The notes under the pieces were generated by a model. It did no database searches. It saw nothing but the letters and a program-made list of their open reading frames with translations, and had not been told where the DNA came from. Shown piece after piece: positions 57,491-64,000 of a stretch of 64,000 nt of DNA. Positions within the stretch are counted from its first letter, which is position 1. Each line of letters begins with the position of its first letter. Made by a program: the position numbers and the translations under genes. Source of the stretch: a virus. The stretch lies in the IMG/VR virus record IMGVR_UViG_3300037515_000251, positions 7,926 to 71,925 of that record; one strand, written 5' to 3'.

Positions 57491-59937
57491 TGACCCCGCA
57501 ATCTCCGCTCAGTCCGCTACTCAACGCCCTGACGCCGAACAGGTTCGGGGCCGATAACGCCACGGGACTCGATGGCGATCTCACCGATCTTTCCCCCGAA
57601 CAATTCCTGGAACGGGCCGAGCCTGAACTGAAGCGGCTGATCCAGGAACACATCAACGAGCAAGTCGAGCCGGAAAAGCTGGAGCAGTACGCCAACATCA
57701 GGCGCAATGACGCCTACTGGCGTAACCGCAAACTCCAGATTCCGATGCTCACCGAGCAGGGGTTCCTCGATTTCATCCCCGTGAACGGTGGGATGCTGCC
57801 GCGCTCGAACGAGGGCGCGGAGGGCGATACCGGCTTCGACGACTACGACACGGCCATCTTCAAGGGCGAGCTCCGCAAGCTGATCGCGGTAATCGGACAA
57901 CGCTCGCCGGGAGTGACGGCCGCCGCATTGCGACCCTCCGATGAAGAGCAGATCGCGCGCGCGAACAAGGCCGATGAGATCGCTGGCCTGCTGCGGGCGG
58001 TGTGGATCGCCGACAAGCGCAACCGCCAGATCACGCTGAAGCTCGGAAAGAACGGCGTGGTCTTCGTGCGGACCCGCTTTGTCACCGATTCGAGCACCTA
58101 TGGGCTACATGAAGAGCCGATTCTGCGCGAGGTCGAGCGTGAGATACCTGGAACCGGAGTGGGCACCTGCCCCGGCTGCGGGAAGCAATCCGCGGAAGAG
58201 TTCGGGACGGACGAGCTTGGATCGCTGATCTGCGAAGAGTGCGGCATGACGATCCCGCCCGAGATGGTCAAGCGGGAGAAGTATACCGATGTCGAGCAGG
58301 ACGGCTCGCGGTTCTACGCCCGAGGCAATGTCGAGATCAAGATCAAATCCGCCCTGGAAGTCACCACGCCAGGAGGGATCGAAGACCTTTCGGAAGCCGA
58401 TTGGCTGCGGGATGAATACGAGGTCAGCAAGGGCAAGGCGCTGGCGGCCTATCCGATCCTTCGGGAGAAGAACCCGGACAGCGGCTCGGGGACCTACCTG
58501 TCGAGCAGTGCCGAGTACGGCGCCGAAGTCCGCGAGCAGGTCAAGTCGTTCGCGCTCTATCAGTCGAACTACCGGCTGAATCGCTGGCGGGCGACCGATA
58601 TCTGGATTCGCCCCTGGATGTTCGAGTTGATCGAGTGGGAGAAGCCGCAAAGCCCGCTGCGGGATGCGTTCAAGGACCGCTTCCCGATGGGCGTCAAGAT
58701 CACCGCCATCGGCAACGTGCTGTGCCAGGTGGAGCATGAATGTCTTGACGAGGTTTGGACCGCGATCTCGCCCGAGGAAGGCGAGTCGATGTACACCGAC
58801 CCGTACCTCGACACGATGATCGAGGGCGACGACAAGACGAACATGCTGATGAACATCGCCTCCGAGAGCGCGGAGAAGTCGGTGCCCATCACGATCGCCG
58901 ACCCGCAGATTATCGACCCGCGCTCGGTGAAGCGAATCGGCCGCAATATCGCCGAGATGCTGTTTTCGAACCCCGGCAAGGGAGCGCAATTCGCCCATGG
59001 GTTCTACAAGTTGCAGCACACCGAGCCGCGCCCGGACCTGATGCAGTTGGCCCGCGAGGAATTGGACATCCAGCGCTCGATTTCCGGGCTGACGGACCCC
59101 GTGGTGGGATTGGGTGGGCCGTATCAGACCTTGGGCGAGGCCGAGATGGCCCGCAATCAGGCGCTGCTCGTGCTCGGGCCGCTGTGGTCGCGGATCGGCG
59201 AAGGATGGGAAGGCGTCTACTACCGGGCGGTGATGCAGTTCTGCAAGCACTCGCCCGATGGACGTTTCGTGATTCCGCTGCCGACCCGCACCGGCCAGCA
59301 GATTATCGAGATGGGCGATGTTTCGGAATTGCTTCTGGGGGGCTGGTATTTCAAGGCCGAGGAAGCTATGCCGATGGCCCCGAACCAGATACGGGCATAC
59401 CTGAACGAATTGCTCACCCAGTCGAACCCAGAAGTGCAGAGCGTGCTTGGCATTCTCGATCCGGCGAACGGCGAGCGGTTCTCGAAGGCGCTTGGCATTC
59501 CGGGCTGGAAGATTCCCGGCAACGACCAGCGCAAGGCGATCCAGGGATTGATTCGCGAACTAACGAAGGGCCAGCCGATGCAGCAACTCGACCCCTTCGG
59601 AATGCCCTTCATGGCCCCATCGATTCCGCCCGATCCGTTCTTGCATGACCCGATGCTGGCAGCGAATACTGTCAAGGATTGGGCGAACTCCGAGGAAGGA
59701 ATGCAGTTGCAGGGCACGCCGGGCTACGAGAACGTGTACCTGTGGGGCAAGGCGAACTTCGACATCGCGCAGGCGCAAATGGCCGGAGGCCCGCCGCCGC
59801 CGGAGGGCGGAGGGGAAGAGCCGCTACCGCCGGGACCGCCGCCCACGGGTGAGGGGATTCCGGGCGAAGGCGGGCCGCCGCCGCTGCCGGGATCTCCGCC
59901 GGAGGGCTTGCCGGAAGGCGCGGGGATGATTCAGTGA
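57490..59937 (+). CDS. portal-like protein (815 aa) with internal Zn-ribbon and C-terminal G/P-rich tail
   Basis: position after terL, size; CPGCGKQ…CEECG; C-terminal GGPPPPEGGGEEPLPPGPPPTGEG; portal assignment by synteny only. Confidence 0.4.
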   Translation: MTPQSPLSPLLNALTPNRFGADNATGLDGDLTDLSPEQFLERAEPELKRLIQEHINEQVEPEKLEQYANIRRNDAYWRNRKLQIPMLTEQGFLDFIPVNGGMLPRSNEGAEGDTGFDDYDTAIFKGELRKLIAVIGQRSPGVTAAALRPSDEEQIARANKADEIAGLLRAVWIADKRNRQITLKLGKNGVVFVRTRFVTDSSTYGLHEEPILREVEREIPGTGVGTCPGCGKQSAEEFGTDELGSLICEECGMTIPPEMVKREKYTDVEQDGSRFYARGNVEIKIKSALEVTTPGGIEDLSEADWLRDEYEVSKGKALAAYPILREKNPDSGSGTYLSSSAEYGAEVREQVKSFALYQSNYRLNRWRATDIWIRPWMFELIEWEKPQSPLRDAFKDRFPMGVKITAIGNVLCQVEHECLDEVWTAISPEEGESMYTDPYLDTMIEGDDKTNMLMNIASESAEKSVPITIADPQIIDPRSVKRIGRNIAEMLFSNPGKGAQFAHGFYKLQHTEPRPDLMQLAREELDIQRSISGLTDPVVGLGGPYQTLGEAEMARNQALLVLGPLWSRIGEGWEGVYYRAVMQFCKHSPDGRFVIPLPTRTGQQIIEMGDVSELLLGGWYFKAEEAMPMAPNQIRAYLNELLTQSNPEVQSVLGILDPANGERFSKALGIPGWKIPGNDQRKAIQGLIRELTKGQPMQQLDPFGMPFMAPSIPPDPFLHDPMLAANTVKDWANSEEGMQLQGTPGYENVYLWGKANFDIAQAQMAGGPPPPEGGGEEPLPPGPPPTGEGIPGEGGPPPLPGSPPEGLPEGAGMIQ

Positions 59938-59946
59938 TGTAAACTC

Positions 59947-59961
59947 CGTGTCAAACTGACA
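59947..59961. repeat. genome-wide palindrome copy
   Basis: between portal-like and scaffold-like genes. Confidence 0.9.
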
Positions 59962-60080
59962 CCGACTTGCCTTTACATGTAAAAAAAGCGTACAGTATCA
60001 GTGAGCCGGATATCCCGTATTCCGTACCCCGTAGGGCCGACAGGCCCATGTAGGCTCCCGATGAGATACCGAGAGAACAC

Positions 60081-61622
60081 ATGGGCGCTTCGCCATCCGC
60101 AATTCCAGCCGGGGCACCGGCTACCCCCCCGTCGCCGGTAATTCCCCCAGACTCCACTCAGGGAGCCGCACCGGCCGACGTTCTGAGCACCCTGGAATCG
60201 CTACTCCAGGAAGACGATCATCCCTCTCCAGGAACTCCCGAACCGGAACCGCCGGCCGCCGAGCCACCAGCGGAAACCAAGCCAGCGGCGGACGCCGGCC
60301 CGGAGTTCCCGCCCGACGACGAGAAGAAAGCAGCGCCGGAACTGCCCGACGAGATCACCTTCCCCGGCGAGGAGCCCGAAGGCGAAGCCGATGGCAACAA
60401 GGCCGAGCCGGAAGACAAGCATCTCGACGGACTCACAAAGCAGCGCGACGAGCTTGCCGCCAAGGGTCAGACCGACAAAGACCTGGACGACAAAATCCGC
60501 GGCGCGTTCCTGAGCAAACCGCGCGGCCAGCGCATGATGGAGCGGGACAAATACGCCCGCGAACTGCAATCCGAGTTTGGCCAACTCCCTGAAATCAAAG
60601 ACCTCAAGGAAATCCGCCAGAAGGCCGATGCCGTCGAACGGATGCTCGACGACTTCCATGAGGCCGACGAATCGCCCGGCAACGCGCAGACGTTTCTCGA
60701 ATACTGGTTGACGCCGGTAGTTGAGGAAGGCCGCCAGCCGGAATTGCGGCCCGGCGCGGTGAGCGTCATTCGGACGCTGCCGGGATTTCTGGCGGCGAAT
60801 CCAGCCACGCAGCAATTGTGGTATCGCGAGATTGTGCCTTCGGTGGCGATGAGCCTTTCCGATGCGTTCTACGCCATGTCGCGTAAGGCTACCAGCGACC
60901 GCGAGAAGGCCGGGATGCACGCCACGGCGCAATGGCTCGACCAGCATTTTCTCGGCAAGGTCCGCAGCCAGGCGCTCGATGAGCCGCCGAAGTCGCGCGT
61001 GAACGGATCGGACGGCAAGCCCGACCCGGAAATGCAGCGCATCGTGGCCGAGCGCGATCAACTCAAGCAGCGCTTGGGATGGCAGGAAACTAATCGCTTC
61101 AACAGCTTTGTCGGCACGGTGATGAATGCCGCCGACCGGCACATCGAAGCCGATATCGAGCATGTGTTCAAAGAGATTCGGGGACAGGTTGCTCCCCGCT
61201 TGTTCAAGAGCTTCACCAAGGATTTACAGGCCGAGATCGCCAGCGCCCTGGCCGGGGACGACGATTTCTACCGCAATTTCGAGCGCGGGGTTCGTGGCGC
61301 TCACAAAGCACCACCAGGGGATCAAGGGGCTGCCATTGATCGACTGAGCAAGTCCTACCGCGACAAGGCGCGCGCGTATGTTCGGAAGAACTACCAAACG
61401 CTGAGAGCGGACCTCGTGGGCGGCACTTCCGCCAACGGGATTTCGGCGGCTTCCCAAAAGGTCGCCGATTCGGAAAAGCGGCACGCGGCGCACGCCAAGG
61501 CGCAAGAGCGGAAGGGGCCGGAGGGCGGAACCGCCACGCCCGGTATCCGCATGGCGCCCGTAAGCGACCGCCGCCCAGGGGAATCCAAAGAGGACTACCT
61601 GCTGCGTGAAATGAGCAGTTAA
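60081..61622 (+). CDS. scaffold-like acidic protein
   Basis: 513 aa, acidic/proline-rich N-terminus, helical; position between portal-like and capsid-like genes. Confidence 0.3.
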   Translation: MGASPSAIPAGAPATPPSPVIPPDSTQGAAPADVLSTLESLLQEDDHPSPGTPEPEPPAAEPPAETKPAADAGPEFPPDDEKKAAPELPDEITFPGEEPEGEADGNKAEPEDKHLDGLTKQRDELAAKGQTDKDLDDKIRGAFLSKPRGQRMMERDKYARELQSEFGQLPEIKDLKEIRQKADAVERMLDDFHEADESPGNAQTFLEYWLTPVVEEGRQPELRPGAVSVIRTLPGFLAANPATQQLWYREIVPSVAMSLSDAFYAMSRKATSDREKAGMHATAQWLDQHFLGKVRSQALDEPPKSRVNGSDGKPDPEMQRIVAERDQLKQRLGWQETNRFNSFVGTVMNAADRHIEADIEHVFKEIRGQVAPRLFKSFTKDLQAEIASALAGDDDFYRNFERGVRGAHKAPPGDQGAAIDRLSKSYRDKARAYVRKNYQTLRADLVGGTSANGISAASQKVADSEKRHAAHAKAQERKGPEGGTATPGIRMAPVSDRRPGESKEDYLLREMSS

Positions 61623-61652
61623 CGCTTTTCCGGCTGACAGGAGATCGCCACA

Positions 61653-62999
61653 ATGGCCGTGACCGCAGTAATCTCCACCCATCTCGAAAAGGTGGAGCCG
61701 AAACTTCAGGTTCTCTACGACAAAACCGACATGACGCTGGCCTCTCGGATCAAGCCGAGCAAAAAGGTCCAGCCGGTCAATCGGTATCTGTACCGCATTC
61801 CGCTGGAGTTGTTCCCGGCGGGCGCGTTCCACAAGTACAGCGCCAACGGTTCGAGCCTCGGGCGCGGATCGACGCTTTCGACGACCCACATGACCGCCGG
61901 TTACATCTACGCCACGCTGGCATACGAGATGACCGACGAGGAACTGGATACCACCAAGGGCGGCGCCGGCGCGGTGATCGACGTGCTCAACAAGGCCCTG
62001 GCGGAAGCCATCCCGGTCTACCAGGAGCACGACAACATCACCCTGCACACGGACGGGACGGGCACGCTGACGGCCGATTCGACCGCGAGCGCGGCCAACT
62101 CGCTGACTTTCACCGACACCGCCCTGGGCGTGAACCGCTTGCGCGAGGGCATGGAAGTTGACGTTTGGGCCTCGGGCGGCGCGACGAAGCGCGCCTTGGC
62201 GGTTGGCGCTCCGCTGCTGATTACGCGAATCAACTACGCAACCGGGCTGGTGACGTTCAACCAGAACGTGACCGCCATCGCCACGACCGATTTCCTGGCA
62301 TTCGCCGGACTGGACGCCTATGGTCCTGCCGCGCTGACCTCGTTCAGCGCAACGTGGCCGCCGTCGCCGGAGACATCGGTTGCGGCCGGGCTGGGCGGAG
62401 ACTCGTTCCGGCACGGGCTGTACTACGCGAACGACTTCACGGCCGCCAATTACCATCTTGGCGTCCAGAAGTCCACGGTGCCGCAACTGCTGGCCGAGCA
62501 GGTGGATGCCTCCGATGCGCTGAATTTCGCGCACGGGCTGAAACTGGCGGAGCAGCTTCTTCAGCGTATGCCCGAGGAAAGCATCAAGGGGATGCGCTGG
62601 GTCTTCCATATGAAGCAGATCCGGCAGGTGTTCAACATCGGCATGGGTTCGGTGAACATCGACGTGAACGGCGGCTCGTTCGGGCGGATGCCCGACCTGG
62701 CTCCCGACCGCGTGGACCGTAGCGGAACGCTGACCTTCGCCGGGTTCCCGGTGGACGTTTCCAAGCGCCAGTACAACAACCGCGTCGATGCCTGGATTCC
62801 CGAGAATTGGGGCCGGGCCGTGGCTCGCGATCTGAGTTTCTACGACGACGGCAATGGCGGCAAAATCTTCAAGGGCCGCAGCATCACCGATGGCACCGTG
62901 ACCAGCGTGAACAACTTCTATGTTCGCGCCGCCATGGACTTTTTCTGCAAAAACCCCGGCATGGGCGGGGCAATCACCAACCTGGACATCCCGGCCTAA
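61653..62999 (+). CDS. major capsid-like protein
   Basis: 448 aa, position after scaffold-like gene; by synteny/size only. Confidence 0.4.
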   Translation: MAVTAVISTHLEKVEPKLQVLYDKTDMTLASRIKPSKKVQPVNRYLYRIPLELFPAGAFHKYSANGSSLGRGSTLSTTHMTAGYIYATLAYEMTDEELDTTKGGAGAVIDVLNKALAEAIPVYQEHDNITLHTDGTGTLTADSTASAANSLTFTDTALGVNRLREGMEVDVWASGGATKRALAVGAPLLITRINYATGLVTFNQNVTAIATTDFLAFAGLDAYGPAALTSFSATWPPSPETSVAAGLGGDSFRHGLYYANDFTAANYHLGVQKSTVPQLLAEQVDASDALNFAHGLKLAEQLLQRMPEESIKGMRWVFHMKQIRQVFNIGMGSVNIDVNGGSFGRMPDLAPDRVDRSGTLTFAGFPVDVSKRQYNNRVDAWIPENWGRAVARDLSFYDDGNGGKIFKGRSITDGTVTSVNNFYVRAAMDFFCKNPGMGGAITNLDIPA

Positions 63000-63074
63000 G
63001 CGGGTGTCTGAAACAGCGGACGGGGCCGGAGGGACGCGGGAGTTCAACCGGCCCCGCCGTCAAGGAGAAACGAG

Positions 63075-63803
63075 ATGGCCTATGGATCGTTCCAGTCCGA
63101 CAGCGCGGGCATGAAGCCGCGAACCGAGATGGTGAAGCCTCCCAACCCATTCGAGCAGCGCTTGCTCCAGCCGGAACCGGCCCCGGCACAGCATCCCGGC
63201 CTCAATCCGGCGTCGTTCCGCTCGAATCCATTCGCCAGGATGGGCGGCATGGGAGCGCGTGCCGCGATGGGCGGAGGGCAGCCGCAGCCACCGCCGCAGG
63301 CTCCGGCGTATGGGCTGCGGGAACGTTTATCAGGGGGGATGCGCGGGCTGCCGCCGATGATGGATCGCGGCGGCGGTGGTTACAACCCGAACGCGCCAAG
63401 CCCGGATATGCAGCGGCGAATGCGAATGCCGGAGGATTATCGACGCGGGGCGGACGAAGCGTTTTCCCGTGCCAGTTTGGCACCGCCGCCGACTGGAATG
63501 CCCGGCGGAATCATGGGCGAGCGTAGCGGCATGGACCGGCTGCGAGCCGCTGGCGGACAAATGCAGGGAATGCCCACCGACCCGATCCGGCAACGCCTGA
63601 TGGCACAACGCGGCGGTGGAATGCCGCCGCCACAGCCAGCGCCGCCAGCTTGGGCTGGCGGCGATCCGAGATTTCCGCCGCAAGGACGGCCTGGATCGGC
63701 CAATCCATTCTTCGATCGCCTGTACGCCCAGGATCAGCCGTCGCTTCAGCGGCCAGCGCCAATGCAACAAAACTGGAACCTGCCTCCGGAGATGTACCAG
63801 TAG
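63075..63803 (+). CDS. low-complexity P/G/M/Q-rich protein
   Basis: 242-aa ORF, repeats of MGG/PPP/QRP; contains a palindromic motif copy at 63469. Confidence 0.3.
   Translation: MAYGSFQSDSAGMKPRTEMVKPPNPFEQRLLQPEPAPAQHPGLNPASFRSNPFARMGGMGARAAMGGGQPQPPPQAPAYGLRERLSGGMRGLPPMMDRGGGGYNPNAPSPDMQRRMRMPEDYRRGADEAFSRASLAPPPTGMPGGIMGERSGMDRLRAAGGQMQGMPTDPIRQRLMAQRGGGMPPPQPAPPAWAGGDPRFPPQGRPGSANPFFDRLYAQDQPSLQRPAPMQQNWNLPPEMYQ
63469..63483. repeat. genome-wide palindrome copy
   Basis: inside 63075-63803 ORF. Confidence 0.85.
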
Positions 63804-64000
63804 CCCATGCGAACCATCGGAGAGTTGAATAATCTGCTGCGCCGGGAACTCGGCGAACGCGATCATTGTCATGCCTGGATGCGCATGGACGATGAGCGCC
63901 TGCTGATCCCCATGCAGCAGTTTCAGTTCGTGGACGGCAGGAGCATCCCGGTCTACGACTATTTCTGCGTCTGTGGGAAAAATGTGCAAATCCACCGGCC

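Noticed and set aside
19405-63483. Many six-frame ORFs containing the peptide CQTDT (e.g. 27871-28611, 24940-25254, 41742-42176)
   Set aside because: They arise from reading through the GTGTCAAACTGACAC palindrome, which lacks stops in that frame. They mark the motif, not genes.
1-64000. Integrase, transposase, or host flanking genes indicating prophage boundaries
   Set aside because: No tyrosine- or serine-recombinase motifs and no IS-like inverted repeats were recognised. The window looks entirely phage-like, so boundaries, if any, lie outside.

Overview
This ~64 kb window is high-GC (roughly 65%) and reads as a near-complete tailed-phage or prophage-like genome. I could not recognise an integrase, att site or any host genes.

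Layout:
- 0-10.2 kb, plus strand: virion genes (a BNR/Asp-box-like protein, Q/R-rich and proline-rich internal-type proteins, and a 1247-aa ejection-like protein).
- 10.2-36.4 kb, mostly minus strand: an early/DNA-metabolism block. It holds an HNH endonuclease, a VRR-NUC nuclease, an (S-L-x-D)n tetrapeptide-repeat protein, a Ro60/Rsr-like TROVE-vWA protein immediately downstream of a tRNA-like RNA, a DUF5131 (Gp37/Gp68) protein, a replication-initiator-like gene with internal 23-bp iterons plus an AT-rich patch, an SbcC-like ATPase, a KTSC protein, a pol-beta-type nucleotidyltransferase, RecT, an MBL-fold hydrolase and an ArdC-like antirestriction protein.
- ~36.9-37.7 kb: a low-GC divergent control region with several operator-like palindromes.
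- 37.7-64 kb, plus strand: regulators (multi-HTH, MerR, XRE) and small genes, an SPFH protein, a KxDG RNA-ligase-like protein, two tandem tRNA-like genes with encoded CCA, tail-fibre-like proteins with signal-peptide-like N-termini, the terminase large subunit, portal-like, scaffold-like and capsid-like proteins.

The most striking global signal is a 15-19 bp palindrome, CC-GTGTCA-(AAC/GTT)-TGACAC-GG, present in at least 20 copies. Almost every copy sits at a gene or cassette boundary, usually 8-25 nt upstream of a start codon, and a few lie inside coding sequence. This looks like a genome-wide operator/stoperator-like regulon or RNA hairpin system, and appears related to the operator half-sites (TGTCA) in the control region.

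The second notable signal is a possible phage-borne Ro60 plus Y-RNA-like (tRNA-mimic) pair, together with an RNA ligase, a nucleotidyltransferase and tRNAs.

All calls are from sequence inspection only; no searches were run.
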